Notes under the pieces: model-generated
The model's database searches: none
What the model was told of the DNA's origin: nothing
Seen by the model: the letters and a program-made list of their open reading frames with translations, nothing else
From: a virus
Length of the DNA stretch: 64,000 bases
Reading direction: 5' to 3' (one strand)
IMG/VR virus record: IMGVR_UViG_3300009130_000016
Coordinates: 1 to 64,000 of that record
Translations under genes and position numbers: made by a program
In this document: positions 10,298 through 20,083 of the stretch, piece by piece
Numbering within the stretch: the first letter of the stretch is position 1
Layout of the letters: each line of letters starts with the position of its first letter

Positions 10298-10465
10298 TTA
10301 CTTCCTCTCTTTAAGAAGCTCTCTACCGTCTTTTGTCAATACTTGACTTTCCTCTCTTTCCATAAGCCCATCTTGTTTAATATCGATTTGCTTAACTTGA
10401 GGTCTAGCTACTGGTCTCTGATTTGGATTGATTAATCCGCTACCTTTTCTGTTTGGGTTGTTCAT
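10298..10465 (-). CDS. small late protein (55 aa)
   Basis: Below the ORF-track cutoff: MNNPNRKGSG...KQDGLMEREESQVLTKDGRELLKERK; TATTTAT on the minus strand at 10491-10497. Confidence 0.7.
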   Translation of the reverse strand: MNNPNRKGSGLINPNQRPVARPQVKQIDIKQDGLMEREESQVLTKDGRELLKERK

Positions 10466-10520
10466 AATATTTAAGTTAAATACTTTAATTATAAATAGGG
10501 CTTTTTTTTGAAATCATGTT

Positions 10521-10646
10521 TTAGTACCACATTACATCGAAACACAGGAATGTAAATCCACTGTTATCCGCATGCATGAATGGTATTAAATGCCATTCTA
10601 AAATATGTATCTCGACTAATAATCTAGGTGATCTAGGTAACTTCAT
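10521..10646 (-). CDS. small hypothetical protein (41 aa)
   Basis: MKLPRSPRLLVEIHILEWHLIPFMHADNSGFTFLCFDVMWY; starts 1 nt after the phoH stop. Confidence 0.45.
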   Translation of the reverse strand: MKLPRSPRLLVEIHILEWHLIPFMHADNSGFTFLCFDVMWY

Positions 10647-10647
10647 T

Positions 10648-11421
10648 TTATTTATAACGTTTCATGATTGACTTAAGAATCTCTGAACGAACGATGTCAT
10701 CTTCCGAGAACTCGTGAAAATCAATTTCCTTGATACCTTCAAATCTAGTAAAAGCATCATCCAATCCAGATTTGGCACCATTTTTTAACTTAATGTCAAC
10801 CTGCTCAACATCTCCCATAATTATCATCTTTGCGTTTTCACCAAGTCTTGATATAAACAACTTTAAGCCGTTTACTGTTAGATTCTGAGCTTCATCTAAG
10901 ATGGCAACACAGTTATCAAAAGTAGCACCTCTTTCATATGCAATTATTTTTTCCTCTATAAAGCTTGTTTTAAGCATTTTTGTTGTTGCTCTACCAACAA
11001 GCTTTTCCATATTTGAATAAAATGAAGCATAGTAAGGTGAAGTTTTTTGATCTTTATCTCCAGGTAAAAAACCTAATTCTTCGTCTCCTGCTTCTGCAAT
11101 TGGTTTAGATAAAAATAACCTGTTTGTTTCATTGTTGGGCTCTTTTTTATCTCTTAAAACCTCTAATGCACATTTTAATGCACAATAAGTTTTGCCACAA
11201 CCTGCAGGACCTTTTATAAAAACAACTTTGTTGTCCATTATTTTTTTAGCCAATTTTTTTTGACTTGTTGATCTAAGACCAGAGTTGGCCCTAAATTCAA
11301 TATCGCCTAGTTGTTGTAAAGAATGAGCTGTCAACTCTTTTGATGAGTCGTACGAATCAATTTCATACTGTTCATCTTTACTAAACTTTTTTGATCCTCT
11401 TTTTCCGCTTCTTGAAGGCAT
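10648..11421 (-). CDS. phoH: PhoH-like ATPase
   Basis: GPAGCGKT Walker A, LGFLPGD, RGATF, ILDEAQN, GDVEQVD, DIVRS. Confidence 0.93.
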   Translation of the reverse strand: MPSRSGKRGSKKFSKDEQYEIDSYDSSKELTAHSLQQLGDIEFRANSGLRSTSQKKLAKKIMDNKVVFIKGPAGCGKTYCALKCALEVLRDKKEPNNETNRLFLSKPIAEAGDEELGFLPGDKDQKTSPYYASFYSNMEKLVGRATTKMLKTSFIEEKIIAYERGATFDNCVAILDEAQNLTVNGLKLFISRLGENAKMIIMGDVEQVDIKLKNGAKSGLDDAFTRFEGIKEIDFHEFSEDDIVRSEILKSIMKRYK

Positions 11422-11512
11422 ATGTTTGTTAATTATAGTTAATTAATACATGTTATTTAAAAAACACAAAAAAATCAATATTTATAAGAAAAGTGTACCA
11501 AACTATTTTCAA

Positions 11513-12601
11513 ATGAAAAATATAACAAAAGAAGAAATTTCAACATTGATTGCGAAAGAAATAAGAGAATTAGATATGAGCGGTGTGTTCAATGAAGATA
11601 CTCTAAGTAAAATGCAAGAAAAAGTTTCTAGTAGAATCGGTGAAAATGATAAAGTTCTTGAGGAAGAAGTTTTGCCAGAGCAAGAGACAGGTGTAGAAAT
11701 TGCTCCGTCAGAAAACCCTGTGGCAGATTTACCAACAGCGGAAGATAAACCAGTTGTTACACCGAGTGAATACGAGCCAGAACTACCTAACTTCATGGAC
11801 AAGATTGAACCTGCAAAGTTCATTGTTTTTGATATGAATGAAGTTGCATTAGGTGGAGAACAGTTATCGAACAAGCCTTTCAGATTATTTAGTGATCCTG
11901 ACACAAAAAAGTCTATTCATGACGCATGGAAAGAAGAAGGTAAGAAAACTGGTGAGATTTATATTGCAAAATTCGAAAAAATTGGTAACGTGGAGTTTGA
12001 CTACAAAAACGGTACAAGTCATTTCACTGAAAAGAGATTTGAAAACCCTGAGGATTTAACTACTGCACCATCTTTCCAAGATAACCCTTATGCATCAGAA
12101 TCAACTCCGCAAGAAATTTCTCCTGAAGATAAGAGCGTAGAAGCTGCTGTGACAAATGCAGTAGACGTTGAAGGTCAGGTGAAAAGTTACATCGAAGATA
12201 TTTTGAAACAGCACTTTGCTCAATTGCCTGCGGAAGAAGCTCCAGCACATACAACAGGTACTGTTGAGCCTGAAGAGATTGCTCCTTTAACTGGAGACCC
12301 AGACGCTTATAACACAGTACAAGATGACGTAGAGAACACAGAAGAAGTTCCTGTTCTTCCTACTGCAATACAAGAGTCTGATATAAAATATAAAGACATT
12401 GTTATGAATGACAATGACTATATGAAGGTTGACACACCAAAGACCTTGAAAGAATCGATTAAAAATGGAAGTGGTGAAGCAAAACTTTTATCTAAAAACG
12501 ATCAAGTGCAAACCTGGATGTTTGAAGGTGTTGAGTATTACTTGCCAGCTCAAATCATGTCTGACAAAAAGTGTCACACTAAAATTCCTAAAACACTTTA
12601 A
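11513..12601 (+). CDS. acidic putative head-associated protein; start probably 11513
   Basis: TATTTATA at 11479; MKNITKEEISTLIAKEIRE N-terminal helix; IQE and LKE sites. Confidence 0.6.
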   Translation: MKNITKEEISTLIAKEIRELDMSGVFNEDTLSKMQEKVSSRIGENDKVLEEEVLPEQETGVEIAPSENPVADLPTAEDKPVVTPSEYEPELPNFMDKIEPAKFIVFDMNEVALGGEQLSNKPFRLFSDPDTKKSIHDAWKEEGKKTGEIYIAKFEKIGNVEFDYKNGTSHFTEKRFENPEDLTTAPSFQDNPYASESTPQEISPEDKSVEAAVTNAVDVEGQVKSYIEDILKQHFAQLPAEEAPAHTTGTVEPEEIAPLTGDPDAYNTVQDDVENTEEVPVLPTAIQESDIKYKDIVMNDNDYMKVDTPKTLKESIKNGSGEAKLLSKNDQVQTWMFEGVEYYLPAQIMSDKKCHTKIPKTL

Positions 12602-12641
12602 TTTAAGTGTTGTTAGGACTATGTTTAACAAAAAAACTATT

Positions 12642-12914
12642 ATGAGTAAAATTTGGAAAATAACAAATACAGAAAAAATTGATGGTCCTATCAAAACAAC
12701 AGTGAGAGTTGAAAACACGAAAACTGTTGCAGTTGCAATTGCTCCAGGAGAATTTGTATTGGCCATGCCTTACAAAACTGCTCAATTAGAGGCACAGTCT
12801 TTTAAAAGGAAATTCCTTTCAGTTGATCAGGATTATGACAATTCTTATTTAAACTTGGAATTAGGTAAGATTTACAAGGAAAACAGCATTGACGAGCTGA
12901 AGAAAAACGTTTAA
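12642..12914 (+). CDS. hypothetical protein; start probably 12642
   Basis: In-frame ATG after the upstream stop; followed by a terminator. Confidence 0.55.
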   Translation: MSKIWKITNTEKIDGPIKTTVRVENTKTVAVAIAPGEFVLAMPYKTAQLEAQSFKRKFLSVDQDYDNSYLNLELGKIYKENSIDELKKNV

Positions 12915-12934
12915 AATAACCTACAGTTGGAACA

Positions 12935-12965
12935 AGGGGTCTTTTAGAAATAAAAGGCCTTTTTT
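12935..12965 (+). terminator. rho-independent terminator
   Basis: GGGGTCTTTTA...TAAAAGGCCTT stem plus T-run. Confidence 0.65.
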
Positions 12966-13010
12966 GTTTTATGCACTTTACTAATTCTTAAATATTTATA
13001 TATAAAAAAA

Positions 13011-13511
13011 ATGAGCAAAGAGATAAGAGAAATGATTGACAAGGTCAAGAATTTTAAAAATATATTAAACGAAAATCTAACAACGGCATACAGATGCATT
13101 GATGGTGAATATAATAAGAAACACGACAAAATTGAGTTTTTATCTACAAATCTAGATTACTCTAAACCATTTGGAGAAAATTGTTATAAAATAACATTGG
13201 ATACAAATAACGCAAAAATACTTAACCTACAAAAATACAACGAATTGTATACTCAAAAAACGGGTAAAAATGGTAATAGATTTAACAGACATCAAGGGTT
13301 GTTTGTAATTGGATCAATGGCTATTGATTCCAACTATAATGAAGAATTAAAATTATTTTCTTCAGCACTTGGAGAAGAATTGAAAAACAAATTTTTAGAT
13401 GAACTAAAAAACTCTGATGCCATATACGGTGAAGATGCTGGATATGTAGATGAATTTGTATTTGCTGTAAAAAATAAAAACATAATAGTTAACATCGAAA
13501 AAATCCCATAA
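13011..13511 (+). CDS. putative head-packaged ADP-ribosyltransferase-like protein
   Basis: Leader ending in ILNE, then AYRC...FLSTNLDYSKPFG...Y...L...DAIYG...E: R-S-E ART-like spacing; own late promoter and terminator. Confidence 0.5.
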   Translation: MSKEIREMIDKVKNFKNILNENLTTAYRCIDGEYNKKHDKIEFLSTNLDYSKPFGENCYKITLDTNNAKILNLQKYNELYTQKTGKNGNRFNRHQGLFVIGSMAIDSNYNEELKLFSSALGEELKNKFLDELKNSDAIYGEDAGYVDEFVFAVKNKNIIVNIEKIP

Positions 13512-13516
13512 ACATT

Positions 13517-13546
13517 AACCCTCTTTTTTACATAGAGGGTTTTTTT
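13517..13546 (+). terminator. rho-independent terminator
   Basis: AACCCTCT...AGAGGGTT plus T-run. Confidence 0.75.
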
Positions 13547-13628
13547 ATTTCTAATTATGTACCATAAGATCATTGTGAACTTGGACAATGGTAATTTTTT
13601 GACTATTTATAACCAAAAAAATAACTAC

Positions 13629-14549
13629 ATGAGAAATTGGTCACAAAAAGAAATAGATTTTTTAAAAGAACATTATCCAACTAAAGGAAATAAGTTTTGT
13701 GCAGAATCACTAGGCAAGTCCTCAAAGCAAATAAGAACATGCACTAAAAAACTAGAATTAAAATCAACTTTAAGAAAAACGAAAGAACAAACATTAAAAG
13801 AACTAAAAAAATACAATTATCATAAAAATGGAGAAGAACACTTTGGTGTAAGATTGTGTCCAAAATGTAATAATAAAATTAAACATAAAGCTCAAAATGA
13901 GTCATATCTATTAAGAAACATTAAAAGATTAGAGTTAAGAAACGCTTTTTGTTTAAGTTGTTCAAAAACTGGAGAAAGCAATCCTTTTCATGGAAAACAA
14001 CATACACAAAAAAGTAAAGAACAAGTTTCTAGAAATAGATCTGGTAAGGCTTGTGGAAAAGACAACTCAATGAGCAATCCAGTTCACAGAAAAAAAGTAT
14101 CTGATATACTCAAAGTAAAATATGCCAGTGGTGATCTAGATTTTCAAAAAGAGATACAAAGAAAAACAATGATCAAAAATATCAAAAATGGAAAGTTGAA
14201 ATGTACTCTAATCTCTAAAGCAGAAACTGAGTTAAAAAAAGAACTTGAAGATAAAGGGTTAAAAATAAATCAACAATTTTCCATTGGCACTTTAAAATAT
14301 GATTTACTTTTATTAGATTCTAATATTCTTATAGAATACAATGGTGATTACTGGCATTGCAACCCAGAGAAGTATGATAAAGATTACTTTAATCAAAAAA
14401 AGAACATGTATGCACATGAGCTTTGGAAAAAAGATGCAGATAAAAAGAAATTGGCAGAAGACAATGGATACAAAGTAATCACAATTTGGGAACAAGATTA
14501 CAAAAATAATAAGGAAGAACAAATAAAGAAAATACTTAAAGAGATATGA
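13629..14549 (+). CDS. free-standing homing-endonuclease-like protein (NUMOD3 plus Vsr/DUF559 nuclease)
   Basis: NPFHGKQHT NUMOD3, CPKC/CLSC Zn motifs, YDL...IEYNGDYWH...IWE; late promoter at 13604. Confidence 0.8.
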   Translation: MRNWSQKEIDFLKEHYPTKGNKFCAESLGKSSKQIRTCTKKLELKSTLRKTKEQTLKELKKYNYHKNGEEHFGVRLCPKCNNKIKHKAQNESYLLRNIKRLELRNAFCLSCSKTGESNPFHGKQHTQKSKEQVSRNRSGKACGKDNSMSNPVHRKKVSDILKVKYASGDLDFQKEIQRKTMIKNIKNGKLKCTLISKAETELKKELEDKGLKINQQFSIGTLKYDLLLLDSNILIEYNGDYWHCNPEKYDKDYFNQKKNMYAHELWKKDADKKKLAEDNGYKVITIWEQDYKNNKEEQIKKILKEI

Positions 14550-15856
14550 GTGAAAATAAAAAAATAAGAGTTCTTATGTGTCCGAGTGACGGACAGGGAG
14601 TTGGTCATTTCCGCTCTATTTGGCCTGCACAAGCAATCCAAAAATTTCATAGTGAAGATTTTGAAGTAGAAGTAAACCCAAACCCAAATGTTGATAACTT
14701 AGAATATTTTAAGAGATTCGACATTGTTCATTTCCATAGACACTTGGGTCCAAAAGAAAAAGAAGACGAAACCTTCAGGGGTTTAAAAGGTCTTGGAATT
14801 TCAGTAATCATGGATATTGATGACTATTGGGAGCCATTCTATGCACACCCTCTTTATCAAATAATTAAACAAGAAGGTTTAGCACAGAAGATTTCAACAA
14901 CAATACCAAAAGTAGATTATGTCACAACAACGACATCTGTTTTTGCTGATGAAATCAAAAAGTTAAACCATAATGTCCAAGTAATACCTAACGCTGTTGA
15001 TCCTAATGCAAAAATGTGGAGACACAATGAGACGAGATTAGAAGGGGACGAAAGATGCCGTATCGCTTGGATAGGTGGTTCATCTCATCTTGATGATTTG
15101 ATGTTAATGAACAACTCAATGGGTAAGTTATATAACAACAAAGAGTTGTCTGATAAATTCCAAATGATTCTTTGTGGATTTGACACAAGAGGAACAATTA
15201 CAGAGATTGATAAATTAGGTAGACAAAAAACCAGACCTATTCTTCCTCATGAAACTGTTTGGAATAAATTTGAGCATATCTTCACTGGTGGATTAACCCC
15301 AAGTGCAGATAACTCATATTCAGGCTTGTTAGACGATCCAGACTATGTTAAATGGCTAAGAAAAATTGAGAAAAAAGAAGATCACAATGTATTGGAGAAA
15401 AAATACATGAGAAGATGGACGCTACCATTGACTCAATATGCTAAACACTACGATTATTGTGATGTTTGCTTGGCACCTCTAAATCACATCGATGAGATTA
15501 TAACACCAAAAGGGCAGGTTATCAAAAACGAGAATGTTTTCAATAAAGTTAAATCTGAATTGAAGATCATTGAGTCTGGTATGAAAAAGAAAACCTTGAT
15601 TGCTCAAGACTTCGGTATTTATAGTAAACTCATTGAGGACGGAAAGAATGGTATTCTTATCCCGACAAACAAAAACGATAAAGAGTGGTATAAAGCTATG
15701 AGAAAAGTGATTCTTGATAAAGATTATAGGGACGATCTTGCCAATAACTTACACGAGTTTGTTGTAGACAAATATAGTTTAGAAAATGTAACCAAAGACA
15801 GGGTTGCTTTCTATAAGCAAATTGTTAAAGAAAAGAAAAAAGCTGTTACTATTTAG
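14546..15856 (+). CDS. GT-B (GT4-like) glycosyltransferase
   Basis: DIDDYW, IPNAVD, RIAWIGGSSH, FNKVKSELKIIE motifs. Confidence 0.85.
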   Translation: MSENKKIRVLMCPSDGQGVGHFRSIWPAQAIQKFHSEDFEVEVNPNPNVDNLEYFKRFDIVHFHRHLGPKEKEDETFRGLKGLGISVIMDIDDYWEPFYAHPLYQIIKQEGLAQKISTTIPKVDYVTTTTSVFADEIKKLNHNVQVIPNAVDPNAKMWRHNETRLEGDERCRIAWIGGSSHLDDLMLMNNSMGKLYNNKELSDKFQMILCGFDTRGTITEIDKLGRQKTRPILPHETVWNKFEHIFTGGLTPSADNSYSGLLDDPDYVKWLRKIEKKEDHNVLEKKYMRRWTLPLTQYAKHYDYCDVCLAPLNHIDEIITPKGQVIKNENVFNKVKSELKIIESGMKKKTLIAQDFGIYSKLIEDGKNGILIPTNKNDKEWYKAMRKVILDKDYRDDLANNLHEFVVDKYSLENVTKDRVAFYKQIVKEKKKAVTI

Positions 15857-15870
15857 TAACAGCTTTTTTC
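15835..15870 (+). terminator. rho-independent terminator
   Basis: AAAAAGCTGTTACT / AGTAACAGCTTTTT inverted repeat. Confidence 0.8.
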
Positions 15871-15902
15871 TTTTTATGAGATATTTATGAATAAAAATTA
15901 AC

Positions 15903-16718
15903 ATGAAAGATACAAGTTTAAATTTTGGTGCTTTAAAAGAGTCGATAATGAGATTGTCATCAAGAAACTTTTTGACAGGAGAAAGAAATGGAGTTGACGA
16001 ATTCGCAAAAGAGTTAAAAGAAAACTCATTGTTAATGAAACAATATTTAGCTTTCAAGTCATTGAACACGGATAAGAATTTCAAAAAAGAAAGGTTGGCT
16101 GAAAGATTTATTAATCAAACACTAGAGTTGTTTAACGATGTTTCATGGGAAAGTGTAATTGAAGAGAACAAGAAGTTGAGATTAGAGTTTCTTGATAATT
16201 CTGATGTTTCATCTACAACAGATAAAAACGAACTATATAATTCAATTCAAACTTTAATCGAGGCGAAGTGTAAAGGTTCTTCATTCAAGAACCTTGAGGA
16301 AGAACAAAATGCATATGAGTTTGTTGTTAATAACTTGATGTCTGAGAAGAAAGAAAGGGAAACTATCGAGGAAAGTGATTATCCATCTGTTGATAACACT
16401 TGGGAGTATGCTACCAAATTAGCAGTTAGCAATTTCAACAAAAGATACTCTCATTTATCCGAGTCTGAAAACAACATGATCAAAATCCTTCTTTCTCCGT
16501 CTGATAAGAAAATAAATTACTTAAAAGACTTGAAAAATGAGAATACTGAATTAATCGAAAAATTAATTAAGGAAGGTGAAGAAGACGGTAAAGAATTGTT
16601 AGAATCATTTAAAAGTAAATTATCTACAATTGATACAGAGAAACTTACAACAATCAACGATTCAATTATTTCTTGTATGCAGTTAAAAGAGAGCTTAGAA
16701 AGCCTATCTATCAAATAA
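15903..16718 (+). CDS. late helical protein, putative head assembly protein
   Basis: Late promoter at 15882; lies upstream of the protease and scaffold genes. Confidence 0.5.
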   Translation: MKDTSLNFGALKESIMRLSSRNFLTGERNGVDEFAKELKENSLLMKQYLAFKSLNTDKNFKKERLAERFINQTLELFNDVSWESVIEENKKLRLEFLDNSDVSSTTDKNELYNSIQTLIEAKCKGSSFKNLEEEQNAYEFVVNNLMSEKKERETIEESDYPSVDNTWEYATKLAVSNFNKRYSHLSESENNMIKILLSPSDKKINYLKDLKNENTELIEKLIKEGEEDGKELLESFKSKLSTIDTEKLTTINDSIISCMQLKESLESLSIK

Positions 16719-16824
16719 CAAAAAAATTGTAATATAACACAAAAGAAAGATTCAACAAAAGGATCTTTCTTTTTTTTGTCATTTTTTTTACTTACATTAT
16801 TTTGTTATTAAGTAAAAAAGTTGC

Positions 16825-17331
16825 ATGGAGAATAAAATTAGAACAGCAAGAGAAATCAAGATGGATGATAATTTTTTGAAAGATGTGAATCTTAATGTAA
16901 AGATCGGGGCTGCAGAAAAAAGAAATAGGCCAGAGACAATTTACATAGAGATTTCTTTCTGGATAAAAAACACATCAGAATTAACAGATAACAATTACCT
17001 AAGAAAAAAGTTAAGGAGAGATTTAAAATCGATCTATACAGAGATATTGCATGACAAATTGGTGGATAATTTTTATTTCCCAAATCATGATGAAAATCTC
17101 TTTATCATCAACATACCTGACAATATCAATTACAATGATAAGAAAAACTTCGTTTCAATAGAGTTGTATTTGCATACCATAAACAATAAAGTTAAAGATA
17201 GCATTTCCTACCCTCTTAGTAAAAAGAAAAACACAGAGTTATATTCCGAGGCACTTATGATCGCAGAGAAGATGTGTAGCTCAAATGTGTTAAATGGTGA
17301 GTACGAGTTTTCGATTTCTAAAAAGAAATAA
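16825..17331 (+). CDS. hypothetical protein
   Basis: 168-aa ORF. Confidence 0.6.
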   Translation: MENKIRTAREIKMDDNFLKDVNLNVKIGAAEKRNRPETIYIEISFWIKNTSELTDNNYLRKKLRRDLKSIYTEILHDKLVDNFYFPNHDENLFIINIPDNINYNDKKNFVSIELYLHTINNKVKDSISYPLSKKKNTELYSEALMIAEKMCSSNVLNGEYEFSISKKK

Positions 17332-17372
17332 CATTTTTCAAATAATGTTCTATTTATTATTAAACCTAGAAC

Positions 17373-17744
17373 ATGAAGATTACAAAAAAGGAACTTGCTA
17401 AAATAGTTCAGGAGGAATTTGGACTTGAGAAAAACAAACGACTGAAGAAGAGGGGGGTGATTAAAGAGAGTTTTTTAGGAACTGACAATAGTGGATTAAC
17501 CGTAGACAGTTACGACTTGTCAAACGATGGAAATGATATCATAGTTCAACTTAATAATTATGAGCCAGTTAGGGTTGACGGTGAAAGATTCATTGATTCA
17601 TATGAGAAAGATGTAGAAAAGAAATTCCCTTCAATAATGACAAGCAATGAGATATTAATGTCATTTAAAAATACGAAAAAAGATATTTCTGAATACCTAA
17701 AGTCATATATAAAACAATATCTAAAATTAAAACCTACCAGGTAA
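17373..17744 (+). CDS. putative head-targeted small protein
   Basis: MKITKKELAKIVQEE leader and VIKE site; own late promoter (17351) and terminator (17729-17762). Confidence 0.55.
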   Translation: MKITKKELAKIVQEEFGLEKNKRLKKRGVIKESFLGTDNSGLTVDSYDLSNDGNDIIVQLNNYEPVRVDGERFIDSYEKDVEKKFPSIMTSNEILMSFKNTKKDISEYLKSYIKQYLKLKPTR

Positions 17745-17815
17745 TATGTGGTAGGTTTTTTCATTTAGAGTGTTTTTAGAAAAAACCCAATATTTATTAG
17801 TAAAACAATAAAGCA

Positions 17816-18493
17816 ATGTCAAACAACAATCAGAAGTATATCATATCGGAATTCCACGAATTCTCTGCAGACAGAAAGATGATTCTTGAAGCTGAGAAGA
17901 AAGGTGGACTTATTACTCTTTCGGGTATTTTACAAAAAGCAGATACACTAAACAGAAACGGTAGAGTGTACCCTTTTGATATCCTTAAAAGAGAAGCAAC
18001 AAACTACATGGAGCAAGTAGATCAAAGAACTGCTTATGGTGAATTAGATCATCCAGATTCTGCAGTTATTTCTTTAGTTAACGTTTCGCACATGGTTGTT
18101 GATATGTGGTGGGAAGGAACCACTCTTTACGGTAAGGTTGTAATTTTTGATGAACACCCATCTGGAGCAAAGTTAAAAGCTATCCTTAAAGGTGGAGGGG
18201 TTTTAGGAATTTCTTCAAGAGGTGTTGGTTCAGTTAAATCAATAAATGGTAATGATGTAGTACAAGAAGATTTCGAATTAATAGGGTTTGACTTTGTGTC
18301 ATCACCATCTACACCTGGAGCATATATGTTCAAAGAAGGTAGAGAAATTGGTATGCGTGGAATGGTTAAACTAGACAACGGACAAGTTGATTTAGTTGCA
18401 GAAACAAATGTTGAGAAAGCAATTAAAGAAAACTTAGACAAATACAAAGAGTTGTATTCTCAGTTAAACGATGGTTACTGGGGTAATTTGTAA
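17816..18493 (+). CDS. prohead core protease (T4 gp21-like)
   Basis: NRNGRVY, GELDHP, GISSRGVGS, FDFVSSPS. Confidence 0.93.
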   Translation: MSNNNQKYIISEFHEFSADRKMILEAEKKGGLITLSGILQKADTLNRNGRVYPFDILKREATNYMEQVDQRTAYGELDHPDSAVISLVNVSHMVVDMWWEGTTLYGKVVIFDEHPSGAKLKAILKGGGVLGISSRGVGSVKSINGNDVVQEDFELIGFDFVSSPSTPGAYMFKEGREIGMRGMVKLDNGQVDLVAETNVEKAIKENLDKYKELYSQLNDGYWGNL

Positions 18494-18568
18494 AAAAATT
18501 AAGGATTTTAACTTACAAAAAAGGAATTTCCTTTTTTTAATAATATTTATTGAAAAACATCGAAAACA

Positions 18569-20002
18569 ATGTCAAATAAAAAGTCAATCATAAAAGAAGC
18601 AGTTGCTGATATTAAGGCGATCAAACAATACGCTAAAGAGGAAGCTGTGAAACAATTGGAAGAAAAAATTCAACCTAAAATAGAAGAGATGCTAGATAAG
18701 AAAATTAACGAATCTGTAAACATTGAAACTGAAGATGCTTCTATTGAAGTTACTGACACTGGTGTTACAGTAGAGAAAGACGGAACAACAGTTTCTGTTG
18801 ACAATGCTGAAGGATCAGAAATGGACAGCGAATTTATAGACACTCCAGTTGCTGGCGTAATGGATGCAATTGTTGGAGATGAAGAGCCATCATTCGAAAC
18901 TGAAGAAGAAACTGAAGAAGAACCTGTTGAAGATTTTTCTGACGAAGGAGAAACTGAAGATGAAATTGAAGCTGAAGAAGAAACGGAAGACGAAGCATCT
19001 GAAGAAGAAGATGAGGAAGAAACTGAAGAAGAAACTTTATTTGAAGTTGTTCAGTTCGAAGAAGAAGAAATTGAATTAGAAGAGCCTGCTGCTGCTGCTG
19101 AAGAACCTGCTATTGAGGAACCTGCATTAGAGGAACCTGCAATGGAAGAGCCAGCTGTTGAAACTCCAGAAGCAAATGTTACTTTAGATTTATCTCCATT
19201 AGTTGACATGATGCAAAAAGTATTAGACAAATTGGAAGGTGGATCTCCAGAAGGAGAAGAAGGTGAAGTTGAAGTGATTGATGACACTACTGCTGAGGAG
19301 CCTGCATTAGAGGAGCCTGCAATGGAAGAGCCAGCTGTTGAAGAGGAGCCAGAAGCTATCCAAGAATTTGAACTTTCTGAATTCGAAGAAACTTTCTCTG
19401 AAGGGGACTTGGTTGACGAAGGAGAAATTGTTGGTGAAACAGAAGAATTAGAGGAAGAAGACTCAGTTGAAGAACAAATGGGAGTTGGACACCTTGCAAA
19501 AAATGACGGAAGATCTGCTGGTAAATTACCAAGAGAAGTAAGTCATAAACTAAAAGAAAACACAGCTCAAAATGAGTCCGATGCGGATGAGCTTATTAAG
19601 GAAAACAAAGGTTTAAAGAAAGACATCAGTGAATTTCAAGAAGCATTTATCATGCTTAGAGATCAACTTGATGAGATGCAAAATTTCAATGCGAAATTAG
19701 CATTAGCTAACAAGGTCTTTTTAAATGGTGGTCTTACTACTGATGAGAAGCATGCAATCAGCGAAGAGTTTGATGCTGCTACAACAGTAAAAGAGGCAAC
19801 AGAAGTGTACCATAGAATTATCAAGGAACATAAGATCTCTTTAAAAGAATCTACAGTTAGCAAAATCAAATCTAAGAACATTAATGTTGGTAAATCTAAA
19901 GAAACTGCTAAGCCACTTTACGAAAGTGCTCAAGCAAAAGTTCTTAAAGAATCCACTTTAAGACAACAAAGATTAGCTGGTATTATAAAAAACGAAGATT
20001 AA
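18569..20002 (+). CDS. prohead scaffolding/core protein
   Basis: Between protease and capsid genes; acidic, coiled coil, many LxE sites, duplicated EEPALEEPAMEEPAVE block, C-terminal RQQRLAGI. Confidence 0.8.
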   Translation: MSNKKSIIKEAVADIKAIKQYAKEEAVKQLEEKIQPKIEEMLDKKINESVNIETEDASIEVTDTGVTVEKDGTTVSVDNAEGSEMDSEFIDTPVAGVMDAIVGDEEPSFETEEETEEEPVEDFSDEGETEDEIEAEEETEDEASEEEDEEETEEETLFEVVQFEEEEIELEEPAAAAEEPAIEEPALEEPAMEEPAVETPEANVTLDLSPLVDMMQKVLDKLEGGSPEGEEGEVEVIDDTTAEEPALEEPAMEEPAVEEEPEAIQEFELSEFEETFSEGDLVDEGEIVGETEELEEEDSVEEQMGVGHLAKNDGRSAGKLPREVSHKLKENTAQNESDADELIKENKGLKKDISEFQEAFIMLRDQLDEMQNFNAKLALANKVFLNGGLTTDEKHAISEEFDAATTVKEATEVYHRIIKEHKISLKESTVSKIKSKNINVGKSKETAKPLYESAQAKVLKESTLRQQRLAGIIKNED

Positions 20003-20083
20003 TTCATAAAAAAAAGAACGAATTAATCAGTTTTTGAAAAACTTAGACTATTTAAATTAAACAAAACTTTAAACTTAAAAAAA

